Assembly: GCA_963787125.1 (NCBI GenBank)
Contig: CAWBBV010000014.1
Location: 32,001 to 96,000 of the forward strand
DNA length: 64,000 bases
Direction of reading: 5' to 3'
Origin: an uncultured delta proteobacterium
GTDB lineage: Bacteria > Desulfobacterota > Desulfuromonadia > Geobacterales > DSM-12255
The position numbers were made by a program, and so were the translations under genes. Positions 27,142 through 36,833 of this stretch are shown in pieces; position 1 is the stretch's first letter; every line of letters starts with the position of its first letter. The notes beneath the pieces were generated by a model. That model ran no database searches. It worked only from the letters and a program-made list of their open reading frames with translations, and was not told the origin of the DNA.

Positions 27142-28857
27142 TTACGGATTCTCTGTACCAACTGAATTTCTTTGGCCATAGGCAGTTACAACGGCGACTG
27201 GCGTTTGATATAAAGCGTCCCTGCCCAACAGGTCTGTGAGACTGGATCGGTCGAGCTCATCACGCACTTTAGCGACAACGTCACACATCACGAGCTTTAT
27301 TCCCTGATCGGCCAGGGTGCCATGGAGCGAGCGCAAGGCTTCGGCTGCTGTGAAGTCCACATCATTCACTGCTGCCGCATCAATACAGAACCAGGCCAAT
27401 GGTGGGTTCGCACTGCTGGCGAGTTCGATGATCTCGGCATTAAGGACCTGACTGTTGGCATAATACATATTGTGCATAAAGCGGTAGATCATGAGGCCGG
27501 GCATGAACTGTACCCCGGTACTTACCGGTTGCTGCCGCCAGCCTGATGTTTTATCGGGAGAAAGCAGCATGTTGTTTACGAGATAACCATGCCGCGTATG
27601 GACAACGAGTGAGAGAACGATTGCCAGGAGAATACTCTGCTCGACCCCAACAAAGACAACCGTCGCGGCAGTAATCAGCGCCACCCAGAATTCCCACGGA
27701 CGCTCGGCGTAAATCTTCTTCATCCCTCTGATGTCGACCAGTTCCATGCCGATCAGGAAGACTACCGCCGAAAGGACCGCCATAGGCAGGTAAGCTAACG
27801 GACCGGTGAGAAAGAGTAGTACCATTAGAACGATGAAACTTGTTGTAAGCTGCGCGAGTTGGCTATGCCCTCCGGCGCTTTCGACCATCTGGGTTTTGGT
27901 CGGACTGCCATTCACGACAAAGGCTCCGGACAGTCCGGCACCGATATTGGCCAGACACAAACCCACCAAGTCCGTATTCTCGTCAAAACGCTCGTTGTAG
28001 CGAGCGGCATATGCTCGTGAGGTGGCAGCGCTCTGGGCAAGAATCACGACGAACATGGCAAAGGCGGTAGGAACCAGCTTGTGAATAAGGTCCATGTCAA
28101 TAGTAAGATTAGGCAAACCAATCCTTGGCAGACCGCTTGGGACTAGCCCAAGAACATGAACCCCGTAACTTTCCAGATTGAACGCCCAACTGGCGATGAT
28201 GGAACCAATCACAGCTATCAAAGCGCCTGGAATCTTCTTCGCTAACCTGCGTGAACCTGTGATAACGACCAGGACAAAAACTGCCACCAGGAGAGAGGTA
28301 ACATTTGCATGATCGATCTCTTGAAGGGTGATGATGAGTTTGTGGATAGTCCCCTGCCCCTCAACGGGCAGGTCGAGCATCCCTGATATCTCTCCGGCGG
28401 CTACCTGAATACCTACCCCGGAGAGGAAACCTATAAGCACGGTGCGTGACAGGAAATCCGACAGAAACCCGAGCCGGGTGATGCGTGTCAGCAACAGGAA
28501 TCCGGCGGCCATGAGTGCAAGTAGTCCAGCAAGGGCAAGCCACTCGGCCGATCTGGGTGCAGCCATGCTGGCAACACTGGAGGCTAGAATGGCGGCCGTG
28601 GCGGAGTCCGCGCCGACAACAAGGTGACGAGACGACCCGAAGATTGCATACAGGGTCATCGGGATGAGGATAGTGTAGAGCCCGGTAATCACCGGCGTAC
28701 CGGAAATTTTCGTGTAGCCCATCACTTCGGGGATAGCCAAGGCAGCCAGCGTGATGCCAGCGATGAAATCAGCCGATACCAGGGAGCCATCGAAGGGACG
28801 GAACCCCTGCAACATCTTGAACCGGGAACCTTTTTGCTTAGAATCCGGATTTTTCAT
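27142..28857 (-). CDS. SulP-family anion transporter with STAS domain
   Basis: AGITLAALAIPEVMGY, FGSSRHL, C-terminal STAS (IDAAAVNDVDFT). Confidence 0.92.
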   Translation of the reverse strand: MKNPDSKQKGSRFKMLQGFRPFDGSLVSADFIAGITLAALAIPEVMGYTKISGTPVITGLYTILIPMTLYAIFGSSRHLVVGADSATAAILASSVASMAAPRSAEWLALAGLLALMAAGFLLLTRITRLGFLSDFLSRTVLIGFLSGVGIQVAAGEISGMLDLPVEGQGTIHKLIITLQEIDHANVTSLLVAVFVLVVITGSRRLAKKIPGALIAVIGSIIASWAFNLESYGVHVLGLVPSGLPRIGLPNLTIDMDLIHKLVPTAFAMFVVILAQSAATSRAYAARYNERFDENTDLVGLCLANIGAGLSGAFVVNGSPTKTQMVESAGGHSQLAQLTTSFIVLMVLLFLTGPLAYLPMAVLSAVVFLIGMELVDIRGMKKIYAERPWEFWVALITAATVVFVGVEQSILLAIVLSLVVHTRHGYLVNNMLLSPDKTSGWRQQPVSTGVQFMPGLMIYRFMHNMYYANSQVLNAEIIELASSANPPLAWFCIDAAAVNDVDFTAAEALRSLHGTLADQGIKLVMCDVVAKVRDELDRSSLTDLLGRDALYQTPVAVVTAYGQRNSVGTENP

Positions 28858-28928
28858 AACCACCTGATCTTTGTTTTTCAAACATCTCAATGTTATTGGG
28901 TAACATTAAAACTGGTAATGTGGTCATT

Positions 28929-29255
28929 TCATAATCCTTCAATCAGCTTATAATACTCCTTAAATGAACGAATTGATTCCATCGTGGTTTGGAACAGAAT
29001 CCAACTGAGAACAAGGATTCCTGCAGTGAGTCCAATTTTCCAGATAAGTTTCGTCTGTGGCCGCCACCAAATCAGAGGCAGGGCCAGAGGCCCCACGGTG
29101 CAGACAGCAAAAACAATAAAGGACGTTCGGGAATACCATTGGATTTTTGGTTCAGCAAACCGTGAACTGAGAGAGTTATTCAGAAACTCACCGCAATGCT
29201 TACACTTGATTGCGTCATCTTGAATATCTTCAGCACAGAAAGGACACTTTTTCAT
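28929..29255 (-). CDS. Zinc-ribbon membrane protein
   Basis: MKKCPFCAEDIQDDAIKCKHCGE followed by TM segments. Confidence 0.8.
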   Translation of the reverse strand: MKKCPFCAEDIQDDAIKCKHCGEFLNNSLSSRFAEPKIQWYSRTSFIVFAVCTVGPLALPLIWWRPQTKLIWKIGLTAGILVLSWILFQTTMESIRSFKEYYKLIEGL

Positions 29256-29603
29256 TTTACCTCTTTTGCCTGAATGTAAAAATACATAGGCATTATCCTT
29301 CCGCACTAACTCGCTTGCATATCCAGCCTTTCAAAATCTGACTGTCATCATGTCGCTGCGCGAATCATGCGATTCGCGTATTAAGAATACAACACAAATG
29401 GTTTGATTCAATCGTCGCTATGCTCAAAAAACCATAACTATTATTAAATGCACAAAACTTCTTCACTGGTGAGTTAGATTCATAACTAAATTTGCTCGAA
29501 ATGATGCACTGAATTGTAAAGAACCAGATCCTTGGTATTATCAATTAGCAGATTCTATTTTGCGCGAGAAATAATGCACGTACATAAACGTCAAGGAGGA
29601 TTT

Positions 29604-30110
29604 ATGAAGAAATTGGTTCTAGTTGGTTCTACTTTAATTGGAGCATTACTATTAGTCGCAGGTTCTCTTGTTGCGGCAGACCGGCCAATAGCACCGAACG
29701 GGATCGCCATCTATCCCGACTACATGTCCTGGAAGGTCGTAGCCCCCTCCTACCGGGAAGACAAGGGCCACATCCGCATCATCACGGGTAACGAAATCGC
29801 CGTAGCTGCATTGCGAGCCGGCAAAAATCCATTACCTGATGGAAGCGTACTGGCCAAGGTAGCATGGAAAACCGAAAAGCATCCCGCTTTTCCGGTTGCC
29901 ACTGAACCCGGTGCATTTGTACAGGTAGAGTTTATGGTGAAGGATGCAAAGAAGTACAAAGATACTGGCGGCTGGGGCTTTGCCCGCTTTGTAGGAAATG
30001 ATCTGAAACCGTATGGTAAGGATGCTGGTTTTGTCAGCGAGTGTTTCGGTTGCCATGTCCCGGTTGCTAAAAATGATTACCTTTTTACTAAAATTGTTAA
30101 AACACCTTGA
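29604..30110 (+). CDS. Cytochrome P460 family protein
   Basis: Signal peptide, PDGSVLAK, FMVKD...GGWGFARF, C-terminal CFGCH. Confidence 0.85.
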   Translation: MKKLVLVGSTLIGALLLVAGSLVAADRPIAPNGIAIYPDYMSWKVVAPSYREDKGHIRIITGNEIAVAALRAGKNPLPDGSVLAKVAWKTEKHPAFPVATEPGAFVQVEFMVKDAKKYKDTGGWGFARFVGNDLKPYGKDAGFVSECFGCHVPVAKNDYLFTKIVKTP

Positions 30111-30188
30111 GTGTTCACATTTAAAACAGGTTCCTTCTTCCGGAACTGGATACCAATTATGTCCTGGTAACATGAAAGGAGATAACTC

Positions 30189-31379
30189 ATGGAGTTTAAA
30201 GGTGTCAGCCGCAGGAATTTTATCAAATCGATCGGGGTTACTACAGCATTAGCAGCAACAGGAACTATTCCACCAGTACTATATGCAAGTGAAAGAAGGC
30301 TTGTCACCTTTCCTGAAAAGACTGAATTACTACTCCTTACCTCAAGCCCTCCGCAACTGGAGACCCCGCTGAAATATTTCAGGGAGCTGATAACTCCGAA
30401 TGAAGCCCTGTTCGTCCGCTGGCATCTTTCAAATATCCCCACATCAGTGGATCTGGAGACTTGGCGTCTGGTTGTTCATGGCAATGTTGACAAACCAATC
30501 TCTCTATCGTTCGATGACCTCAAAAAGTTTGAAAAAATAAGCTACACCGCAGTCATTCAGTGCGCCGGCAATGGAAGGAGTTTCTTTGAGCCACCTCTTT
30601 TTGGTGGACAATGGCTAAACGGTGCCATGGGCAATGTGACCTGGGGCGGAGTTCGCCTCAAGGATGTATTGAAAAGTGCCGGCATCAAGACCGGATCAAT
30701 GGAAGTTGTCTTCGAAGGATTGGACAAAGCGGCCCTGCCCACGACACCTGGTTTTTTGAAGAGCCTGCAACTGGATAAGGCGCTTGAAGACGATATTATG
30801 ATCGCCTATGAGATGAATGGACAGGAATTGCCCATGTTAAACGGATTCCCAGTGCGCCTGGTTGTTCCTGGATGGTATGCTACCTATTGGGTAAAATCGC
30901 TTACAGATATTGAAGTCACCGTCAAACCCTCCGATAGCTTCTGGATGAAGACCGCCTACAGGATTCCTGATGATCCGTGCGGATGTGTCGAACCAGGCAC
31001 AGCCCCTAAAAAGACCATCCCGATCAATCGCATGACTACCCGGTCACTACTGATCAATCCGGAAGATGGCAGTCGACTCAAGTCCGGACAACCAATGGAG
31101 CTCATGGGTGTTGCCTTCTCGGGCGGTTACAACATCAAGGAGGTTCTTGTATCGATAGACGGCGGCATAAACTGGAGTCCTGCCCGGCTCGGAAAAGATA
31201 TTGGGCGATACTCTTGGATTCAGTGGTTCTATCCCTGGCAGCCTTCCAAGCCGGGGACCTATCAGATCATGGTCAGGGCAACCAATAGCATCGGAGAATC
31301 TCAACCGCTGGATGGGCTTTGGAATCCTTCAGGTTACCTCCTTAACAAAATTGAGAAACATAACCTGATAGTTACTTAG
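30189..31379 (+). CDS. Tat-exported sulfite-oxidase-family molybdoenzyme (SorA/SoxC-like)
   Basis: SRRNFIK Tat motif, FVRWH, QCAGNGR, NGFPVRLVVPGWY. Confidence 0.92.
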   Translation: MEFKGVSRRNFIKSIGVTTALAATGTIPPVLYASERRLVTFPEKTELLLLTSSPPQLETPLKYFRELITPNEALFVRWHLSNIPTSVDLETWRLVVHGNVDKPISLSFDDLKKFEKISYTAVIQCAGNGRSFFEPPLFGGQWLNGAMGNVTWGGVRLKDVLKSAGIKTGSMEVVFEGLDKAALPTTPGFLKSLQLDKALEDDIMIAYEMNGQELPMLNGFPVRLVVPGWYATYWVKSLTDIEVTVKPSDSFWMKTAYRIPDDPCGCVEPGTAPKKTIPINRMTTRSLLINPEDGSRLKSGQPMELMGVAFSGGYNIKEVLVSIDGGINWSPARLGKDIGRYSWIQWFYPWQPSKPGTYQIMVRATNSIGESQPLDGLWNPSGYLLNKIEKHNLIVT

Positions 31380-33049
31380 TGTCCATCCGGAAACCCCAGT
31401 TTAAGACGTACTGGACCTCCGGTCGCTGTTGGCAGTCTCTGCTTCGGAAGATTTTGACTACCACGTAACCAGTTTTATCTGCTCTTTCTCAATTTAATGA
31501 CGCACTACACCCGTCGAGATGCTTTTCGCTGCTGCTTTTGCCTTTTTAAGCCGCTTCCAGCTTGATCCGGGCTATGACCTGAAGGTTGTAGGCAAAGATC
31601 GAACTCCAGACATAACGTCTGAATCCTTCCCAACCTTTCCAGGTGCAGCGGTCAAGCCCGAAAGCTCTCTTGAGTGTGGAGATGTTGGCTTCGATACCGG
31701 CACGGAAGTTCCGCAACTTCTTGTACACCCAGGAACTCTTGGCCATGTCGATTACCGATAACCCGCGCTTCTTGGCAAAAACAGCGTCTTTTACGCCAAG
31801 GCCTTTTGCTTCCGTCAGGTTATCCTTCGATGCAAAGCCACCATCAGCACTTACCTGGCGCGGCACCCTGCGGAAGACCCCTTTGTACCGCTCCAGCATA
31901 GGGATGTATTGATCCGAGTCAGCCGGGTTGCCTTTGGCAATCAGGCAGTCAAGGATCAGGTTGGACTTGCCGCCGGTCAGAAATATCTTGTGGCCGAAGT
32001 GGGTCTCACGCCTCTTCTTGACGATGATGTCGGTGTGGTCCTCAAAGAAGGATGTCACTTTATCTGATGCCGGCACCTTCTCGTTATGGAATACCCGTCG
32101 TTCGGTCTGACTGATAACCTTTTCCAGTAGACCCACTGCCCGTTTCAGCTGTGCGGCAAGATTCATTGCTGCAAGCATGTCACCAAGACCGTTTGCCTGG
32201 TACGCCTGCAGAGCCGGAATCGCTTTATTGGCATAGCCGACAACCTTGCCCGCGTAGTGCGTCATGTCACGATAGGCCGAGACTCTATCCTCTTGTTTCT
32301 TGGCGTTGAGAATCACCATAAGCCGTTTCTTGACAACACGGCAATGGTCGCAATAGCTGTAGTCAGGACGGGGAGTAAGGGCATGACCCTCCTCAAGCCA
32401 ACGGGTGATGACCCTGATCCCATCCCAGAGCAAGGTGGAATCAGAGGGATCATGAATGTTACTTTCGACAACGGTCGAGTCAATCCTGACTTTACGACCG
32501 GTTTCTATGCCGGCTTCCATGGCATACTGCATGAGGCAGATATGAACTGCCTCCCAGGTCTCTTCGGAAAGCGGCTTGATGTTTTCCTGAAGAGTCGATG
32601 ACGACGGATACTGTCCCATCTCCAGTCGGGCAAAGGCACGAAAGGATTTGGAATCTTCAAGATGAAACGCGAGCTCTTCATAAGAGAGGCTGCGAAACTG
32701 TTTCAGGACAACGCAGCGCAGCACCTGTTCTGCGGTCAGTCCCTCCCGGCCGGTATCCTGACGAGACTCTCTTGTCAGGTCGGAGAACACCAGATCAAGC
32801 ATCTGGGGAGTGGCGTCGAGAATAGAAGAAATTGCTGCCAACTCTTTACCAATATCGTGACGCATGGTGACAGAGAAAAGGCTCATCTGTCGTGTCAGTT
32901 TTTGTCGCATCCGGAGTACCCCTGAAACCATAATGTGCAATGTTTACAGCTTGTTATGGTTTGCAGGATAGCATAAAACGAGATAAAACTGAACCACTTT
33001 ATGCAAAATATCTTAACAATTTCATCCGGTTATCTTTCCGGATGGAAAC
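31379..33049 (-). mobile_element. ISNCY-type insertion sequence with 6-bp target duplication
   Basis: IRs GTGTCCATCCGGAAA / TTTCCGGATGGAAAC; TACTTA duplicated at 31373-31378 and 33050-33055. Confidence 0.88.
31546..32910 (-). CDS. DDE transposase (ISNCY/IS5-like)
   Basis: RIDSTVVESNI, SADGGFAS, FRAGIEANISTLKR. Confidence 0.9.
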   Translation of the reverse strand: MRQKLTRQMSLFSVTMRHDIGKELAAISSILDATPQMLDLVFSDLTRESRQDTGREGLTAEQVLRCVVLKQFRSLSYEELAFHLEDSKSFRAFARLEMGQYPSSSTLQENIKPLSEETWEAVHICLMQYAMEAGIETGRKVRIDSTVVESNIHDPSDSTLLWDGIRVITRWLEEGHALTPRPDYSYCDHCRVVKKRLMVILNAKKQEDRVSAYRDMTHYAGKVVGYANKAIPALQAYQANGLGDMLAAMNLAAQLKRAVGLLEKVISQTERRVFHNEKVPASDKVTSFFEDHTDIIVKKRRETHFGHKIFLTGGKSNLILDCLIAKGNPADSDQYIPMLERYKGVFRRVPRQVSADGGFASKDNLTEAKGLGVKDAVFAKKRGLSVIDMAKSSWVYKKLRNFRAGIEANISTLKRAFGLDRCTWKGWEGFRRYVWSSIFAYNLQVIARIKLEAA

Positions 33050-33066
33050 TACTTAGGAGGAAGATC

Positions 33067-33405
33067 ATGAAAACCACTATCCTGCTATGTATCGGTGCAT
33101 CGCTTGTTTACACTTCAGTTGCTATGGCTGGCGATACAGGCTTTGTCAAAGATGGTTCCAAACGAAGCATCACATTACCTGCCCCTGCTTTTTCACTAAA
33201 AGAAGTCCCCGGCATGGATACCACCAGCAGATACTGCAGAATATGCCATAGTCTCGACTACATCACCACGCAACAGAAATTTACAAAGGTAAAATGGCAA
33301 GCTGAAGTAACCAAGATGATAAAAACTTATGGTGCTCCAATCTCTGAGGAGAATGCCAAAATTATCGCTGATTATATTGCCACTAACTACGGCACAGGGG
33401 GATAA
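33067..33405 (+). CDS. Monoheme cytochrome c (SorB-like)
   Basis: GGAGG RBS, signal peptide, CRICHSLDYI...WQAEVTKMIKTYGAPI. Confidence 0.85.
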   Translation: MKTTILLCIGASLVYTSVAMAGDTGFVKDGSKRSITLPAPAFSLKEVPGMDTTSRYCRICHSLDYITTQQKFTKVKWQAEVTKMIKTYGAPISEENAKIIADYIATNYGTGG

Positions 33406-33406
33406 C

Positions 33407-33748
33407 ATGAATGCCGAAACAAGACTGATGACGTACCTGCTTATAGCTGCATCAGTCCTTATTGCAGTATTGGCTGCCGGCAATACAGCAGAGGCTGTTA
33501 ACTTTCAAGAAGGTGAAGCTGAGTTCAATGAGTTCTGTTCAGCCTGTCATGCTGATGGCGGAAACATCATCAATCCAAAAAAGACCCTTTCAAAAGAGGA
33601 TCGAGAAAAGAATGGGATTAAGGCCGATAAGGATATCATAACCATCATGAGGAACCCCGGCGAGGGCATGATTAAATTTGATGAGCAAACTTTACCGGGG
33701 AAAGAAGCTCAGAAGATCGCAGATTACATAATCAAAACAATCAAGTAA
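33407..33748 (+). CDS. Cytochrome c6-like monoheme protein
   Basis: CSACHADGGNIINPKKTL...PGEGM. Confidence 0.85.
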   Translation: MNAETRLMTYLLIAASVLIAVLAAGNTAEAVNFQEGEAEFNEFCSACHADGGNIINPKKTLSKEDREKNGIKADKDIITIMRNPGEGMIKFDEQTLPGKEAQKIADYIIKTIK

Positions 33749-33943
33749 GGGTATATATAACCGGACATTGGTCACGGTCTTGCTCGATCTTATAGTTAGA
33801 GTATTCTAAAAATAGTTTTTATAACATGTTCAAGTAAATCCCTCAAACGCTCACACAAGTCACCATTTGAATCCGTTTACTACCAGATGTGAAGCAATTT
33901 TAGACTCTGATTTACATTAATACAACTGAGGTGAAAGTTCATC

Positions 33944-34327
33944 ATGCCACAGTGGCTTATGTTCACGATAATCGGAATATTGGGGGGAGTAACATCCGGC
34001 CTATTTGGAATTGGCGGCGGAATAGTCATTGTTCCGGCCCTCGTATATTGGGCCGGGTTCTCACAACATAAAGCAACTGGAACCAGTCTGGCCGTCTTGC
34101 TACCGCCAATAGGTCTTGCTGCAACCCTTGAGTATTATCGTAACGGAAACGTGGACATCAGAGCTGCCATGATTATCGCTGTGGCTATGCTCACAAGTGC
34201 CTGGGGTGGTGCTTTCATAGCAAACCAGATTAGAGGTCCACATTTACGTCTTGTTTTCGGGGTTTTCGTCTCTAGTGTCGGCGTGTACCTTATTTACGGT
34301 GCGTGCAAACGCCTCGGCTGGTTATGA
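33944..34327 (+). CDS. TauE/SafE family membrane protein (short form)
   Basis: SGLFGIGGGIVIVPAL...ATGTSL. Confidence 0.85.
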   Translation: MPQWLMFTIIGILGGVTSGLFGIGGGIVIVPALVYWAGFSQHKATGTSLAVLLPPIGLAATLEYYRNGNVDIRAAMIIAVAMLTSAWGGAFIANQIRGPHLRLVFGVFVSSVGVYLIYGACKRLGWL

Positions 34328-34387
34328 ATACTGGTATGAGTCAATTTCATACGACAAGTCGCTATCGTTAAAGTCAAGGAGGATAAT

Positions 34388-34786
34388 ATGATTGTTACTA
34401 CACCGTATGCATTCGGGAAGCTATTTGATGTTCCTTTCAGTGAAATTGAACAGAAAACTCGGCAAGAACTTGCCAAGGAAGGTTTCGGGATTCTGAGCGA
34501 GATAAATGTAACGGACAAATTCAAGGAAAAGCTCGGCAGAGATTTTCGTGAGTATGTCATTCTGGGCGCCTGTAATCCGGCATTGGCGTGGGAAGCTTTT
34601 GCCAGGGAGATAAACATCGGCACGCTACTTCCTTGCAATGTGGCTGTCTATCGAGATGATGACGGCAAAACGGTGGTCATGATCATGGATGCTGTTGCCG
34701 CCCTTGGTGTAATCGGCAATACCGAACTCACTGCCGTTGCCACACAGGTTCGGATCAGGATGGAACGTGTTCTGGCTGCACTTTAA
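34388..34786 (+). CDS. DUF302 domain protein
   Basis: EGFGILSEI...ILGACNP...LLPCNV. Confidence 0.88.
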   Translation: MIVTTPYAFGKLFDVPFSEIEQKTRQELAKEGFGILSEINVTDKFKEKLGRDFREYVILGACNPALAWEAFAREINIGTLLPCNVAVYRDDDGKTVVMIMDAVAALGVIGNTELTAVATQVRIRMERVLAAL

Positions 34787-34914
34787 CAGTGAAGTAACCT
34801 TGGAACACAAATAATACTAGTACTAATTTGTATCATAATAAAGTGTACCATTTTTACATAATACAGCGTAAAATACCAATCCGTATGATACTTTAATGGA
34901 TCATGGGTGGATTT

Positions 34915-36375
34915 ATGAAATTTTACAACCGTGAAAGAGAACTCTCAAAGCTTGAAGAGATCGTCGTTGAAAGCAATATTAAAGCCAATTTCGTTGTCTT
35001 AAGTGGACGGAGACGCGTAGGAAAAACTACCCTCATCAAGCATTTTGCCGAGAAACGTAATGATGTTTTCTATCTCTTTGTTTCCAAGAAAAAACCACAC
35101 CTCCTGCTAGCCGAATTTACTGACCTTCTTGCCGAACGCATCCCAATATTAAGCTCAGTGGTAATAAAGGATTTTGACTCCTTCTTTAAAATTATTTTTG
35201 AGGAAATGACAAAGCAGTCACTCTTTATCGTTATTGACGAGTTTCAGAACTTTCAGCAGGTTGATGACAGCCTCTTTTCTGTTTTGCAGAAACTATGGGA
35301 TAGCTATAACGAGAAATGTAAGGGTGCAATAATATGCATCGGGTCAGTACAGACACTGATGCGGGACATTTTTGAAGGCAACAAAGAACCGCTCTTTGGC
35401 AGGGCAACCGCCAAGATACCGCTTAAACCGCTAACAGTCGACGTTATCGGAGAAATTCTTGCTGACAATAGTGTAGATGTTGCCAAAAACCTGCTTTTTT
35501 TCCACTCGGTTTTCGGTGGTATCCCCAAGTATTATGCTCAACTTGACAGATCATCCCTCTTCTGCAAATCTCACAAGGAAATTATCCGGAAATTGTTTTG
35601 TGAAGTTGACGCTATTCTCCAGAATGAAGGTCGTGAATTGCTGATTGAAGAGTTCGGCAAGAACTACCACCTCTACTTCTCTATTTTGCAGACAGTGGCC
35701 TGTGGTGCCACGCAAATGTCTCAGATTGCAGATAAAACCGGGATTGGTGTCAATAGTATCAGTAAATACCTGGACGAATTGGTTTCATACTACGAAGTAC
35801 TAGAGCGGAGATCTCCTGCCACAGTATCTAAGGGTGACCACAAAAATGGACGGTATTATATCGCTGATCCATTGCTTAGATTCTGGTTCCGCTATATCCA
35901 TAAGAACCAGAGTCTCGTAGCTATTGGCAAGGACACACTCTTGTCAGAAAAAATATGTGCAGACCTCCCTACTTTCATGGGATTGACCTTTGAAAAGATG
36001 ACGAGAGATGTCCTCATTGCGAGAAATGACGGCAATATCGTGCCATTCGTTTTTGAGCAGATTGGAGGATATTGGGATAAAAACGGCAGAGTAGAAATCG
36101 ATATAGTTGCCATGGATGACACTAAGGGTCAGATTCTGTTTGGTGAATGCAAACTCAATGGTAATCAATTCTCAGTAAGCGATGTAAATAAGCTCAAAGA
36201 AAAAGCAAGTCAGGTTAAGTGGGGATCAACAGACAGGAAAGAACACTATGCTCTCTTCTCAAATGAGCCACTAAACAGTAAAACCAAAAAAATGCTTGCT
36301 AAAGAAGGAGTCATTGCCGCCGACATCTCAGAAATCTATCCGGAGGGTAAGCTTGACAGCGCAGAGTTTACATAA
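34915..36375 (+). CDS. AAA ATPase with wHTH and C-terminal PD-(D/E)XK-like (DUF234) domain
   Basis: FYNREREL, GRRRVGKT, IDEFQ, FWFRYI, EIDIV...FGECK. Confidence 0.88.
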   Translation: MKFYNRERELSKLEEIVVESNIKANFVVLSGRRRVGKTTLIKHFAEKRNDVFYLFVSKKKPHLLLAEFTDLLAERIPILSSVVIKDFDSFFKIIFEEMTKQSLFIVIDEFQNFQQVDDSLFSVLQKLWDSYNEKCKGAIICIGSVQTLMRDIFEGNKEPLFGRATAKIPLKPLTVDVIGEILADNSVDVAKNLLFFHSVFGGIPKYYAQLDRSSLFCKSHKEIIRKLFCEVDAILQNEGRELLIEEFGKNYHLYFSILQTVACGATQMSQIADKTGIGVNSISKYLDELVSYYEVLERRSPATVSKGDHKNGRYYIADPLLRFWFRYIHKNQSLVAIGKDTLLSEKICADLPTFMGLTFEKMTRDVLIARNDGNIVPFVFEQIGGYWDKNGRVEIDIVAMDDTKGQILFGECKLNGNQFSVSDVNKLKEKASQVKWGSTDRKEHYALFSNEPLNSKTKKMLAKEGVIAADISEIYPEGKLDSAEFT

Positions 36376-36409
36376 AGAAGACGACAATACAGGCCCCCTA
36401 CCCTTCATG

Positions 36410-36443
36410 AAAAAGGCGACCTCAATAACAGGTCGCCTTTTTC
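36410..36443. terminator. Bidirectional intrinsic terminator
   Basis: AAAAAGGCGACCT-caataac-AGGTCGCCTTTTT. Confidence 0.75.
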
Positions 36444-36467
36444 AATTTCTCTCTCTATTCACATCTA

Positions 36468-36592
36468 TTGACATCATTTCCCGTTCGGTAAATAAAGCTG
36501 CATTCCGAAGCCATCCCTTAAGATATTTCCCGATCAAGATATTTGCCTTGCATTCTGCCGTCATTGGAGCAATAATTCCCGAAAGGGAAATA
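36468..36592 (+). promoter_or_regulatory. Promoter with three palindromic operators upstream of hipBA module 3
   Basis: TTGACA at 36468; CATTTCCCGTTCGGTAAATA, TATTTCCCGATCAAGATAT, AATTCCCGAAAGGGAAAT with 49-bp centre spacing. Confidence 0.65.
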
Positions 36593-36595
36593 TTT

Positions 36596-36829
36596 ATGAT
36601 TACAAAAATAGATACGCCAATTTCACTCGGCCAGACTGCACGCGCCGCACGCAAACATCTTGGTTTAACGCAACCACAGCTGGCTCTGGCTTCTGGTGTC
36701 GGGGTGCGTTTCATTGTCGAACTGGAAGCCGGCAAACCGACACTCCGCCTGGAAAACGTTCTCCGTGTGCTTCATGCGCTGGGGGGTAACCTCTGCGTTG
36801 AAGGTCTATTAACTGGCAGAGAGGATTAG
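36596..36829 (+). CDS. hipB: HipB-like HTH antitoxin (module 3)
   Basis: LTQPQLALASGVGVRFIVELEAGKPT. Confidence 0.85.
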   Translation: MITKIDTPISLGQTARAARKHLGLTQPQLALASGVGVRFIVELEAGKPTLRLENVLRVLHALGGNLCVEGLLTGRED

Positions 36830-36833
36830 TATC

